A stretch of DNA of 56,093 nucleotides, taken from a bacterium. GTDB lineage: Bacteria; Krumholzibacteriota; Krumholzibacteriia; G020349025. The notes under the pieces were generated by a model. That model worked only from the letters and a program-made list of their open reading frames with translations, searched no databases and was not told the origin of the DNA. Position numbers and translations under genes: made by a program. The stretch is taken from the NCBI GenBank assembly GCA_031362565.1, contig JANLSU010000080.1:1-56093 (forward strand), given 5' to 3'. Below, piece after piece: positions 13,481-23,600 of this stretch (position 1 is its first letter; every line of letters begins with the position of its first letter).

Positions 13481-14383
13481 TCAGTGGCCGAGCGGCACCA
13501 GATTGCGGAGCACATGGCCGGCGATGGTCGGATTCTCCTTCAGACGCCGGAGCGAGTACGCGTACCAGTGCTGGCCAAAGGGTACATAGACGCGGAGCGG
13601 GTGTCCGGCCGCCAGAATGCGCCGCCGGAGTTCTTCGCGCACCCCGAGCAACATTTGGAATTCGTAGTGCTCGGGACTCGTCCGGTGCCGCTTGAGCAGA
13701 TCCAGGCAGCCGCCGACGAGGGTGTCATCGTGGGTCGCGATACCGACGAACGACGGCCTCTCCAGCATCGCCGCGACCAGCGCCAGATAGTTGCGTCGCA
13801 CCTCGTCGCGGTCCTGAAACGCGATCGACGCGGATTCCAGGTAGATGCCCTTGCAGATGCGAACGTTGGGTGCGAGTGGCAGAATCCGCTCGAGATCGGC
13901 GCCCGTGCGCCGCAAACAAGCTTGCAGAACGGCGCCAACATGCGGACTCTCGCCGCGCACCCGCTCGAACAGGTCGAGCGTCGCAGTGGTGCACGACGAA
14001 TCCTCCATGTCGATCGTCAGCAGGTTCCCGTGCGCGGCGGCGGTACGGACCAAGCGCCGCAGGTTGTCGAGACACGCCTCGCGGTCGAGCTTGAGTCCGA
14101 GTTGAGTGAGCTTCACAGAAGCCTGGGTCTGGAGTCCGCGGCCGTGAATGGCCGCGAACAAACTGACATAGTCGTCGGTGGCGCGCCGGGCTTCGTCGAG
14201 CGTCGTCACGAACTCGCCGAGCATGTCGACGGTGCCGCGCGCCCCGGCGTTGTTCAACTGCGCCACGGCCGCCAGCGCCTCCTCGACCGTCGCGCCGGCG
14301 ATGTAGCGCGCCGAGACGCGCCGCACGACCGTCCGCGGGACGTACGGCAGGAGTTGGACCACCATGCGATCGAGCGCGCTCAC
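13481..14383 (-). CDS. Monofunctional proline dehydrogenase
   Basis: RYIAG, DMLGE, SVKLTQLG, IDMED, RICKGIY, IATHD, EFQMLLG, RVYVPFG, RRLKENP; GTG start after a GGAGGG RBS. Confidence 0.92.
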   Translation of the reverse strand: MSALDRMVVQLLPYVPRTVVRRVSARYIAGATVEEALAAVAQLNNAGARGTVDMLGEFVTTLDEARRATDDYVSLFAAIHGRGLQTQASVKLTQLGLKLDREACLDNLRRLVRTAAAHGNLLTIDMEDSSCTTATLDLFERVRGESPHVGAVLQACLRRTGADLERILPLAPNVRICKGIYLESASIAFQDRDEVRRNYLALVAAMLERPSFVGIATHDDTLVGGCLDLLKRHRTSPEHYEFQMLLGVREELRRRILAAGHPLRVYVPFGQHWYAYSLRRLKENPTIAGHVLRNLVPLGH

Positions 14384-14402
14384 TCCACCCTCCCAACAAA
14401 CC

Positions 14403-15710
14403 TCACGCGGCCGGAATCCGTCCCAAAATGCGCCCTGACGGCGGCACGGCATCCTCGCTCCATACGAGCGCCGATTGCAAGCGACGCTCCACTGCGGTCG
14501 TGTCCTGACCGGGCCGCGCCAAGATTTCAGCGACCGGGTCGCCGGCCTGGGCCCGGCCGCCGACCGGCAGGCGCCATCGCAACCCGACCGCCGCGTCGAT
14601 CGCATCGCCCTTCTTGGCGCGGCCACCGCCGAGATCGACCACCGCGAGCCCAACGGCGTGCCCGTCGACGCCGGCGAGCACGGCCGAGCGTGGCGCGCGA
14701 ACGACCAAGGCGACCGGTGCAACGTCCAACCCGTAGTTTGGGCGCCCGAGATCGATCCGACCGCCCTGGGCACGCACCATCGCCATGAAGCGTTCGAGGG
14801 CGCTGCCGTCGGCGAGAGCGCGTTCCGCGGCGCTCGGCGCCGCAGTACTGGAATGCACGCGCCCCAAGACCAGCATCTCCGCCACCAGTTCGAGCGTCAG
14901 TTCACGGACGTCCGGGGGACCCGCGCCGCGCAGGACATCGATCGATTCCACGACCTCGACGGCATTCCCGACTGCTTCGCCAAGCGGACCGTCCATGCGC
15001 GACAGGACCGCCGACACGCGACGCCCGAACACCGCACCCATTTCGACGAGCGCGGTCGCGAGGGCCTGGCCCGTCGCCAAGTCCGGCATGAACGCGCCGC
15101 TGCCAACCTTGACGTCCATGACGATGCCTTCGGCGCCCGACGCGAATTTCTTCGACAGGATGCTGGCGACAATGAGCGGAATGCAGTCGACCGTGCCGGT
15201 CACGTCGCGCAGGGCGTACAGTTCACGGTCCGCAGGCACCAGATCGACCGACTGGCCGACGATGGTCGCGCCGACCTCCCGCAGCAGGCGCCGGTAGCGC
15301 GCCTCATCGAACCCGGTGTCGTAGCCGGGAATGGCCTCGAGCTTGTCGAGCGTACCGCCGGTGTGGCCGAGACCGCGTCCGGAGATCATCGGCACCAGGA
15401 GCCCGCACGCCGCCGCCACGCCGACGAGCGGCAACGAGATCTTGTCACCGACGCCGCCCGTCGAGTGCTTGTCGATCTTCGGGCCACTGAGATCGGATAA
15501 GTCGATGACCCGGCCGCTGTGCAGCATGGCATCGACCAGCGCCTGGGTCTCGTCGCGGTCGAGGCCGCGAAACCAGGTGGCCATGAGAAACGCCGCCATT
15601 TGATAGTCGGGAATGGTGCCGGTCGTGAAACCGTGGACGAAAAACGCGATCTCCGCGCCGGTGAGCGCGCCGCCGCGTTTCTTGCGTTCGATGAGTTCGC
15701 GCGCTGTCAT
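14403..15710 (-). CDS. pdp: Pyrimidine-nucleoside / thymidine phosphorylase
   Basis: [53 protein letters not shown]. Confidence 0.95.
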   Translation of the reverse strand: MTARELIERKKRGGALTGAEIAFFVHGFTTGTIPDYQMAAFLMATWFRGLDRDETQALVDAMLHSGRVIDLSDLSGPKIDKHSTGGVGDKISLPLVGVAAACGLLVPMISGRGLGHTGGTLDKLEAIPGYDTGFDEARYRRLLREVGATIVGQSVDLVPADRELYALRDVTGTVDCIPLIVASILSKKFASGAEGIVMDVKVGSGAFMPDLATGQALATALVEMGAVFGRRVSAVLSRMDGPLGEAVGNAVEVVESIDVLRGAGPPDVRELTLELVAEMLVLGRVHSSTAAPSAAERALADGSALERFMAMVRAQGGRIDLGRPNYGLDVAPVALVVRAPRSAVLAGVDGHAVGLAVVDLGGGRAKKGDAIDAAVGLRWRLPVGGRAQAGDPVAEILARPGQDTTAVERRLQSALVWSEDAVPPSGRILGRIPAA

Positions 15711-16621
15711 GCTCGACCGGCGTCCCGCTCACGCAGGATCTTGACCGAGGCGCTGGCGCCGACCCGATCGGCACCGGCGGCGATCATCTGCTCGACGGTC
15801 GCCCGGTCGCGAATCCCACCGGCCGCCTTGACGCCCATGTCGTCGCCGACCGTGCGCCGCATGAGATCCACGTCGTGCAGCGTCGCGCCGCCCGGTCCGA
15901 AACCGGTCGACGTCTTGACGAAGTCGGCGCCGGCGCGTTGCGACAGCACACACGCTTGTACCTTTTCATCGTCGGAGAGGAGCGCCGCTTCGATGATGAC
16001 CTTGAGCAGCGCATCCCGGCCGCACTCCTGGGCGACGCGCCGGATGTCGGTGTGCACGGCGGGAAAGTCGCCCGACTTGAGGGCGCCGACGTGGATCACC
16101 ATGTCGATCTCGCTGGCGCCGCTCTCGATGGCTTGGCGCGTTTCGAAGGCCTTGACTTCGGTGGTCGTGGCGCCGAGTGGAAACCCAACAACCGTGCACA
16201 CCGCGACACCGGTGCCGCGCAACATGGCGGCACAAGCTGCGACGTGCACCGGGTTCACGCACACACTGGCGAACTTGTGTTCGGCAGCCTCGCGGCAGAG
16301 CTGGGTGACCTGCTCGTAGGTGCCTTCCGGGCGCAGCAACGTGTGGTCGATGCAAATGGACAGGTCGTCGTCGACGGGGCCGCCCGGGAAGCGCTGCGCG
16401 ACGCGGCAAGCGCCGGCATCGACAATACGCCGCAGGGTCACCGGCCGCCGCCGCGTGCACTCGCCGCGCCCGCTGCACAGCGCACAACTCGCATCGTCGT
16501 GGCGCCCCGACTCGTGCGTCAGGCGTTCGAATTCGCTTTGCAGACCGGCACGATCGGTGCCGCCGGCGAGCTGGCGCAGGACGCGCGCCGCCACCTGGTC
16601 GATGAGTTCGTCGTCGTGCAC
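15707..16621 (-). CDS. deoC: Deoxyribose-phosphate aldolase with ~85 aa N-terminal extension
   Basis: [45 protein letters not shown] start with strong GGAGGAAGG RBS upstream of the extension. Confidence 0.93.
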   Translation of the reverse strand: MHDDELIDQVAARVLRQLAGGTDRAGLQSEFERLTHESGRHDDASCALCSGRGECTRRRPVTLRRIVDAGACRVAQRFPGGPVDDDLSICIDHTLLRPEGTYEQVTQLCREAAEHKFASVCVNPVHVAACAAMLRGTGVAVCTVVGFPLGATTTEVKAFETRQAIESGASEIDMVIHVGALKSGDFPAVHTDIRRVAQECGRDALLKVIIEAALLSDDEKVQACVLSQRAGADFVKTSTGFGPGGATLHDVDLMRRTVGDDMGVKAAGGIRDRATVEQMIAAGADRVGASASVKILRERDAGRA

Positions 16622-16667
16622 GAGCCTTCCTCCGTCGCGCCGCCTTTGGGGGCGCGCCCGCTCGAGG

Positions 16668-17204
16668 TCACCGGTCCGAATCGAGTGCGTCGATCTTCCG
16701 GACGCGCTGTTCATGGCGTCCGCCGGCGAACGGCGTCGCGAGCCAGATGCGCACCAGGCGTCGCGCGTGCCCGGCATTCACGACCCGCGAGCCCAGCACC
16801 AGCACATTGGCATTGTTGTGCTCGCGGCTATTGCGGACCGTCGTCTCGTCATGGCAGGTCGCGGCCCGCACGCCGCGGATCTTGTTGGCCGCCATGCACG
16901 ATCCCAAACCTGCTGCATCGATGGCGATGCCGAGCGCCGCGGCGCCGGTCGCGACGCGGCGCGCCACCGCCACCGCGGTGTCCGGATAGTCCACTGGGTC
17001 ACGACTCGTGGTGCCTACGTCGTCGACCTCGTAGCCCCATTCGCGGAGCGCCGGCTTGAGTGCTTCCTTGAGATCGAACCCGCCGTGATCGGCACCGATG
17101 GCGACGCGCACCGCAGCAGCCGGTGCGGGTTCTCCCGCGCCGCGCGACTTTGCCGCCGCGCCGCTTTGGCCTCGTAACGTGCGCTGCCATTCGGCGATGT
17201 CCAT
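16668..17204 (-). CDS. rpiB: RpiB/LacA/LacB family sugar-phosphate isomerase
   Basis: [46 protein letters not shown] overlaps the cdd TGA. Confidence 0.88.
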   Translation of the reverse strand: MDIAEWQRTLRGQSGAAAKSRGAGEPAPAAAVRVAIGADHGGFDLKEALKPALREWGYEVDDVGTTSRDPVDYPDTAVAVARRVATGAAALGIAIDAAGLGSCMAANKIRGVRAATCHDETTVRNSREHNNANVLVLGSRVVNAGHARRLVRIWLATPFAGGRHEQRVRKIDALDSDR

Positions 17205-17632
17205 CAGCGTTTCCCCCGTGGCCGGAAACTCGTGAACGGGCTCGGCAAGAGATCGGTCAGATTGCGTTTCACGACGCCGCGCGGTCCGGCGAGCAGAACG
17301 TCGACGTCGCGGCCGAACTCGACCAGCACCTGCAGGCACATGCCGCAGGGTGGGGTCGGGCGCGCCGTGTCCGTGTACACCGCGACGGCCGCAAGGTCGC
17401 CGGGCCGCATGCCGGCCGCAACCGCCTGCAGAATGGCGCCGCGCTCGGCGCAAATGCCGGCGCCGAGCGAAGCGTTCTCGACATTGCAACCGGCAAAAAC
17501 CCGCCCGCGCCGCGTTTGGACGGCGGCGCCGACCTTGAAACGCGAATACGGCGCATGGGCCATTGGGCGCACCGCGTGCGCCGCCCTGACCAACGCCCGC
17601 TCGCGCGCCGTCCACACCGGCTTGACCGTCAC
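17204..17632 (-). CDS. cdd: Cytidine deaminase (short homotetrameric type)
   Basis: APYSRFKVGAA, GCNVENAS, CAE and PCGMC zinc motifs; GTG overlaps the deoB stop. Confidence 0.93.
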   Translation of the reverse strand: MTVKPVWTARERALVRAAHAVRPMAHAPYSRFKVGAAVQTRRGRVFAGCNVENASLGAGICAERGAILQAVAAGMRPGDLAAVAVYTDTARPTPPCGMCLQVLVEFGRDVDVLLAGPRGVVKRNLTDLLPSPFTSFRPRGKR

Positions 17633-18816
17633 ATCGCCCCCAGTGCCGCCAGAAAACTGCGGCCCCCCATGCGTTCCTGGAAACCGTGTTGCTCGAGAAT
17701 CGTGGCGGCGATGTCGCACAGTCCGGCGCGGGTGCCGATCGGCCCGGGATCGAGCGCCCCTTGGCGCACGCCGAGAACCGGCACGTACTCGCGCGAATGA
17801 TCGGTGCTCGGCGTCGTCGGATCGTTCCCATGGTCCGATGTCACCAAAAACACATCGCCGGGCCGCAGGGCCGCCAAAAAATCGGCCAGCCACGCATCGA
17901 ACGCCTGCAACCCCGCCGCGTAGCCGTGCGGATCGTTGCGATGGCCCCAAAGCGTGTCGAAATCATTCAGATTGGTGAACACCATGGCGCCGGGCGGAGC
18001 GTCCGCGGCCAGTTGCCGCGTCGCGTGCATGCCGGCGTCGTTGGACGTGGTGTGATCGGCGGCCGTGAGTCCCTGACCCGAGAAGAGGTCTTCCACCTTG
18101 CCGACGCCAATCACGGCGTGCTCTGCGGCCTTCAGCAGATCGAGCAACGAGCGACCCGGCGGCACGACGGTGAAATCACGCCGGCGCGGGGTGCGCGCGT
18201 ACGCGCCCGCGGCGCCCGTGAAAGGCCGGGCGATCACCCGTCCGACGTTGTGCGCGCCGTGCAATTGCTGGCGCGCCACCGCGCACATCCGATACAGCTC
18301 GCCGATCGGCACGACGTCCTCGTGGGTGGCGATCTGAAAAACGCTGTCGGCGGACGTGTAGACGATCGGCGCCCCGGTGCGCACATGTTCGGCGCCGAGT
18401 TCCTCCAGAATCACCGTGCCCGAAGCGGCGCGATTGCCGAGCGTACGGCGGCCGATCGCGGCCTCGAACGGCGCCATCACCGCCGCCGGAAAACCGTTGG
18501 GGTAGGTTGGAAAGGGCTTGGGAGTCACGAGCCCGCACATTTCCCAATGACCGGTCGTGCTGTCTTTCCCCGCCGAGAGTGCGGCGATCTTGCCGTAGGC
18601 GCCTGCCGGTTTGGCGGCCGGCGGCGTGCCCAGAATGGCCGTCAAATGTCCGAGCCCGAGCCGTCCCAAGTTCGGTAACGCGAGTCCACCCAGCAGGCGC
18701 GCCGTGTTGCCGATCGAATCGCTCCCCTGGTCGCCGAAGACCGCCGCGTCCGGTGCGTCGCCGACGCCGACGCCGTCCAGCACGACGAGGAACGTCCGTC
18801 CCATGCTTCGTGTCAC
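17629..18816 (-). CDS. deoB: Phosphopentomutase
   Basis: VLDGVGVG, GKDSTTGHWE, YTSADSVFQIA, RVIARPF, DFDTLWGHRND, SDHGNDP, TDHSREYVP. Confidence 0.96.
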   Translation of the reverse strand: MTRSMGRTFLVVLDGVGVGDAPDAAVFGDQGSDSIGNTARLLGGLALPNLGRLGLGHLTAILGTPPAAKPAGAYGKIAALSAGKDSTTGHWEMCGLVTPKPFPTYPNGFPAAVMAPFEAAIGRRTLGNRAASGTVILEELGAEHVRTGAPIVYTSADSVFQIATHEDVVPIGELYRMCAVARQQLHGAHNVGRVIARPFTGAAGAYARTPRRRDFTVVPPGRSLLDLLKAAEHAVIGVGKVEDLFSGQGLTAADHTTSNDAGMHATRQLAADAPPGAMVFTNLNDFDTLWGHRNDPHGYAAGLQAFDAWLADFLAALRPGDVFLVTSDHGNDPTTPSTDHSREYVPVLGVRQGALDPGPIGTRAGLCDIAATILEQHGFQERMGGRSFLAALGAM

Positions 18817-18829
18817 GATCGTGGCTCCT

Positions 18830-20020
18830 TCACGCGCCGCTCGCGCCTTCGCTCCAACCCCACCGGTGAACGCCGGTCAGACCGCGCATCGACTGCACGT
18901 CGCCGTCGCGTTTGTAGACGCGCACGACGCGCTTCGAAATCCCGCACAGCACTTCGTAGCCGATCACGCCGGTGTGCAGAGCGATTTCATCGACGGTGAT
19001 TTCGGCCGCGCCTTGGCGTCCGAAGAGCACCACGTCCTCGCCGACTTCCGGCCGCTCGCAGCCGGTGAGATCCACCAGGGTCATGTCCATGGTGATCCGG
19101 CCAAGAATCGGCACGCGCCGGCCGCGAAAAAGCATCGCCCCGTGCCCGGAATAGGCCCGCGACAGGCCATGACCATACCCGACCGGCACGACGCCGACCA
19201 CCGTGTCGCGAGCCGTCACGAAGTCGCCGCCGTAGCTGACGCCATGCCCGGCGGGCAGGCGGCGCACTTGCACGAGCCGGGCGTGAAAGCTCATGACCCG
19301 TTCGAGCGGTGCTTGGCCGTCCAGAACCGGGTCGGGCAAGCACCCATAGAGCATGCCGCCCGGCCGGACCATGTCGAGATGGGCGGCGGCCAGTTGCAAC
19401 ACCGCCGCGGTGTTGCTCGCGTGGACGAGCACCGGCCGAATGCCCGCCGAACGGAGGCGCGCCAATGTCGCTTCGAACAACCCGAGTTGGCGCTTGGACG
19501 CTTCGACGTCGGTGTCCGACACCGGGAAGTGGGTGTAGAGGCCCTCGATCTGCAGCCCCGGCAACGACGCGACCTCGGTCGCGACGCCCAGCGCCTCGTC
19601 CGGCAAGAGTCCGCTCCGGCCCATGCCGCAGTCGATTTCGAGATGCACCGGAACGACCTTGCGCGCCGCCCAAGCGTGGCGTGACAGGGCGCGGGCAAAG
19701 TCGAGATCGGAAATCGTCGTGCGCAAATCGTCGGCGAGAATCTCCGGGATTTCGCCGGGCAAGGTCGGCGACAATACGAGGATCGCCGCATCGAGGCCGG
19801 CGCCGCGCAGTTCCTTACCCTCGTCGATCGTCGCCACACCGAGCATGTGGACGCCCTGGCGAACCGCCTCGCGGGCGACCTCCACGGCGCCATGTCCGTA
19901 GGCATCCGCTTTGACGATGAGCAGGATTCGGACGCCGGGTCCGATGCGCGAGCGCACGACGCCGATATTGTGCGCCAGCGCGTCGAGATCGACCTCGACC
20001 CATGCCGGCAACGTTCGCAT
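18830..20020 (-). CDS. alr: Alanine racemase
   Basis: VKADAYGHG, DCGMGRSG, HASNTA, MVRPG, VSYG, GRITMD. Start ATG at 20020, or at 20044 where it would couple to the upstream stop. Confidence 0.93.
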   Translation of the reverse strand: MRTLPAWVEVDLDALAHNIGVVRSRIGPGVRILLIVKADAYGHGAVEVAREAVRQGVHMLGVATIDEGKELRGAGLDAAILVLSPTLPGEIPEILADDLRTTISDLDFARALSRHAWAARKVVPVHLEIDCGMGRSGLLPDEALGVATEVASLPGLQIEGLYTHFPVSDTDVEASKRQLGLFEATLARLRSAGIRPVLVHASNTAAVLQLAAAHLDMVRPGGMLYGCLPDPVLDGQAPLERVMSFHARLVQVRRLPAGHGVSYGGDFVTARDTVVGVVPVGYGHGLSRAYSGHGAMLFRGRRVPILGRITMDMTLVDLTGCERPEVGEDVVLFGRQGAAEITVDEIALHTGVIGYEVLCGISKRVVRVYKRDGDVQSMRGLTGVHRWGWSEGASGA

Positions 20021-20043
20021 CCGCACCCCCCCGCTTCCCGCCA

Positions 20044-21090
20044 TCAGGCCTCGCGCGGCGCGCCGGGATCGGCCGCTCGAACGTCGGCGCGTCCCGCATA
20101 GAAGAACCGGTCCAGAAGCTTCACGTGGTCGCTCCAGCCATCGGCGCCGACGCCGCGCGCCAGAACCTGCTCGACGCCGTGGGTCTGCGAATCGAGATGG
20201 TCGAGCAAGTGCACCACGACCGCTTCCAGAGTCATGGGCGGTTTCGGCGAGCCACGATCGAGCGCGCCATGGTGGCTGACGAGAATGTGCAGGAGACGAT
20301 TGCGCTGCTCGTCCGGAAACCCTTCGATGCGGTCCATGGCCCGCGCCACGAGCAAACAGCCTTGCACCAAATGGCCGACGAGGCGTCCCGCCGGGGTGTA
20401 GTCGATGTGGCTGCGCCACATCAATTACTCGATCTTGGCGACATCGTGCAACAGGATGCCGCCCGTCAAGAGATCCGCATCGAGTGCCGCATGCTGGCGT
20501 TCGAGCACCGCTCCGAGTTCGAGCATGGAGACGGCGTGTTCGAGCAAGCCACCGACATAGGCATGATGCCAGCCCTTGCCGGCGGGCGCGCAGCGGTAGC
20601 GTGCCGCAAAGTCGGGGGCGTGGAACAGATCTTGGTACAGCCGGCGCAGGAACGGATCACCGACGGCGTCGATGCGTTCGAGCACGCGCTGCCACAACGC
20701 CTCGATGTCGCACGGTGATTGCGGCAGGAACTCGGACACATCGAACGAAAAGGGATCGGCGCGCTCGAGCTTACGGACCCGAATCTGGCGCGCGTTTTGG
20801 TACGTCTGCACGTCGCCCTCGAGGTGTGCCAAATCGCCGACCGCGAGCGGTGTCGCCGCGACCAGCGCTTGGTCCCACAGGACGCCGTTCATGGAACCGG
20901 AACGATCAGCGAACTGAAACAAGAGAAACGGCGCACCGCTCGGCTGCGCCCGCCGCACCAGCTTTTTGACCACGAACACGCCGGCGACGCGCATGCCGCA
21001 GACGAGATCCGCGATCCGGGTACCGGACGCAGTGACGGGCGGCGGAGGCTCGGGGCTCGTTCCGGCGGCAATGGGTCGTATCTTCGCCAT
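20044..21090 (-). pseudogene. yhaM: YhaM/Cbf1-like 3'-5' exoribonuclease (OB fold plus HD domain) interrupted by one in-frame TAA at 20425-20427
   Basis: Two in-frame ORFs: OB fold (DRSG, EGDVQTYQ), PAGKGWHHAYVGGLLEH, LLHDVAKIE*, then LMW..IDYT..GRLVGH, ILVSHHG, GSP, EA..VH..D. Confidence 0.8.
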
Positions 21091-21102
21091 GATCCTTGGC
21101 CT

Positions 21103-22161
21103 CTAGACGCTGAAGCGGAAGTGCAGGATGTCACCGTCGCGCACCCGGTACTCCTTGCCTTCGAGACGCAACACGCCTTGGGACTTGGCGGCCGCGAGAC
21201 TGCCGCAGCGTAGAAATTCTTCGTAGTGGATGGCCTCGGCGCGAATGAAACCGCGCTGAATGTCCGAGTGAATCTTACCGGCGGCGACCCACGCCGACGA
21301 GCCGGCGCGCACCGGCCAGGCGCGCACTTCGTCCTCGCCGACGGTAAAAAACGACAACAGTTGCAGGAGTTCGTAGGTCGCGCGGACGAAGACGTCACGG
21401 GCCGTCTCCGTGAGTCCCATCTGCTGCAGAAACTCGCGCTGTTCGTCGCGCGGCAGTTCGGCGATTTCGCGTTCGACCTTGGCGCACAAGCGCAGGGTCC
21501 GAAAGCCCTCGAGCCCGGCGGGCACCGGCGCACCAGGCGACGCGAGATCGTCTTCACCAATGTTCAGGACGACGAGCGCCGGTTTGGAACTGAGGAACTG
21601 GTAGCCGCGCAGGCGCGACTGCTGCTCTTCGGTCCAGCCGATGTCACGCAGCGGGCGCCCGGTGTCCAAATGCGCCAGAGCTTGCTCGAGCAGTGGCTGC
21701 TCGATGGCATTCTCGGGCTTGCCGCGTTCCTTGCGCATCCGCTCGAGGCGTTTGTCGATCATCGCCAGATCGCGAAAGACAAGCTCTTGCTCGACCGCCT
21801 CGACTTCGGCAGCGGGTCCCGAGACGCCGGGCGGCATGGGCACACTCGGATCCGTGAACGCGCGCGCCACATGCACGAGCGCGTCGACGTTGCGAAGCGC
21901 GTTGGCGGTCGTCTCCGGAAACGCCACCCGCTCGCCGCCGGCTTCATGCCGTTCGACCGCCGGGTCCACGAACGTGACTTCAGTGAAGGTCGTCTTCTTG
22001 GGTTTGAAGAGCGCCGTCAGACGATCGATGCGTGGGTCCGGGACCTTGACGACCGCGGTGTGCGACTGCCGTCCGCCGCCGGAATCCACCGGCAGGCCGG
22101 TCAGGGCGCCGAAGAGCGTGGTTTTTCCCGAGCGCGCCAGCCCGATCAGGCCGAGCTCCAT
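21103..22161 (-). CDS. ychF: YchF/OLA1-family ATPase (divergent)
   Basis: GLARSGKTT, VKVPDPR, KP..VVLN, FFTVGEDEVRAW, AAGKIHSDIQRGFIRAE, RLEGKEY.V.DGD..HFRF. Confidence 0.88.
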   Translation of the reverse strand: MELGLIGLARSGKTTLFGALTGLPVDSGGGRQSHTAVVKVPDPRIDRLTALFKPKKTTFTEVTFVDPAVERHEAGGERVAFPETTANALRNVDALVHVARAFTDPSVPMPPGVSGPAAEVEAVEQELVFRDLAMIDKRLERMRKERGKPENAIEQPLLEQALAHLDTGRPLRDIGWTEEQQSRLRGYQFLSSKPALVVLNIGEDDLASPGAPVPAGLEGFRTLRLCAKVEREIAELPRDEQREFLQQMGLTETARDVFVRATYELLQLLSFFTVGEDEVRAWPVRAGSSAWVAAGKIHSDIQRGFIRAEAIHYEEFLRCGSLAAAKSQGVLRLEGKEYRVRDGDILHFRFSV

Positions 22162-22250
22162 CGTGTGGTCCTCCGCGTCGTGCAGGCGTGCGTCGCGACC
22201 CGCGACTGTAGGCGCGCGCCGGCAAGAGCGTCAAGCGGCTCGGCCGGAAA

Positions 22251-22733
22251 TCAGTGGGCTGTCACAACGAGGCTGTCCATCGCGCACTCGAACTTGGCGA
22301 AGCTCTGCTCCTTGCACGCGACGATGCCCAGGAACTGGGTCTTCTTCTCGGGCCGGAGCGCGACGATGGCGTGATCGATGGGGTGCGTCGCAACGAAACG
22401 CAACCGGAGGACGTGCAGCGGCGACTGATCCGAACAGCGAAACACCAGGTTCATGCCGGCGCGTGACGAGCCGAGCCCGAGCAACGTGTCCACGAGCAAC
22501 TCCTCGCCCACCAACAACACGCCATCCGGAACCTCGAGCGTGTAGGCGACGGCGGATGACTGGGCCTTGGGATCATCGCGCGTCATCACCAGATCGACTT
22601 CGAACGGCTTGCGCAGAGCGAGCTGGATGGGGCCTGGAGGTGACGCGACGCCGGGCACGAGCCGGAGCGTATCGGCCGCCACGAGCGCCGGGAGAAGCAG
22701 AATCGCCGCCACAACACCGATCGTCCGCAACAT
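22251..22733 (-). CDS. Secreted hypothetical protein (predicted beta-rich)
   Basis: Clear signal peptide MLRTIGVVAAILLLPALVAA/D; follows the anti-sigma gene by 15 bp; GAGG RBS. Confidence 0.65.
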   Translation of the reverse strand: MLRTIGVVAAILLLPALVAADTLRLVPGVASPPGPIQLALRKPFEVDLVMTRDDPKAQSSAVAYTLEVPDGVLLVGEELLVDTLLGLGSSRAGMNLVFRCSDQSPLHVLRLRFVATHPIDHAIVALRPEKKTQFLGIVACKEQSFAKFECAMDSLVVTAH

Positions 22734-22748
22734 GGAAACCTCGTGGAA

Positions 22749-23600
22749 TCAGGACGGATTCAGACGCGTCGCGTGGAGCACGTGCAGCGCCTGAGCGTAA
22801 GCCGGATCGCCTTTTGGCCCGATCCAGGTCAGCACGATACCAGCCTCGCGCCACAGCGTGACCGTATACACCGCCACCGGCGTACCGGTTCGAACATCAT
22901 ACTGCGCCTGCTCAACGCCGTCCGTGGTCCGGAGTCGCAACTCCTTGAATTCATGGGCCGATTCGCTGCTCATATAAAGTGAAAATCGAGATCCAGTCGC
23001 GGCGCGATAGACGAGCATATTGACCGCCCGAGGCGCGAACGTGCAGCGCGACGCCCCGGCCCATTGGAGTCCCACCGGCGCCAGATCCGGGATCCGGCAA
23101 CCGTCCGACGGCGGACCCAGGCGGTCGCCGACCGCTTTGACGTCGAGGGCCGTGCAGCAGGGCGGCATGGCGGCGCCAGGGGCAAGGTCGTGGTGACAGT
23201 GTTGCTGGGTCGCGACGGTGGCCTGCGCGGGCGGCACCCAAAGCCGCCGGACGACCGGCACGAGGAAAACGAGCGCCAGAACGGCCGCCATGGCAAGTCG
23301 CGGTGTCCACACCGAGCCGAGCGGCCGCGCCCACCACGGCGCCGCAGGCGTTGCGGTGGCCGCGTCGAGGCCACCCCGCAACCGGTCGCGCAGGTGGCCG
23401 GGGACAGGTTCCGCCTGGCGCAGCGTCGACACCAGCCAGCTGGTGAAGAGCTGCTCGCGTTCGGCGGCGTCGCGGCAGTCGGCGCACGCGGCGACGTGGG
23501 CCGCCACGGCAGCGTGGTCTGCCGCGTCCAAGGCGCCGTCGCCAAATGCCGGCAGTTTTTCGCGCCAGCGCCCGCACTCGTTGGGTTGACCGACTGTCAT
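22749..23600 (-). CDS. Zinc-binding anti-sigma factor (ZAS, zf-HC2), membrane-anchored
   Basis: HVAACADC (HxxxCxxC), one TM helix ([16 protein letters not shown]); ATGA overlap with the ECF sigma gene. Confidence 0.85.
   Translation of the reverse strand: MTVGQPNECGRWREKLPAFGDGALDAADHAAVAAHVAACADCRDAAEREQLFTSWLVSTLRQAEPVPGHLRDRLRGGLDAATATPAAPWWARPLGSVWTPRLAMAAVLALVFLVPVVRRLWVPPAQATVATQQHCHHDLAPGAAMPPCCTALDVKAVGDRLGPPSDGCRIPDLAPVGLQWAGASRCTFAPRAVNMLVYRAATGSRFSLYMSSESAHEFKELRLRTTDGVEQAQYDVRTGTPVAVYTVTLWREAGIVLTWIGPKGDPAYAQALHVLHATRLNPS

Noticed and set aside
20425..20427. Selenocysteine/pyrrolysine or genetic code reassignment at the yhaM stop
   Set aside because: The codon is TAA, not TGA or TAG, and TAA is used as a normal stop elsewhere in the window.
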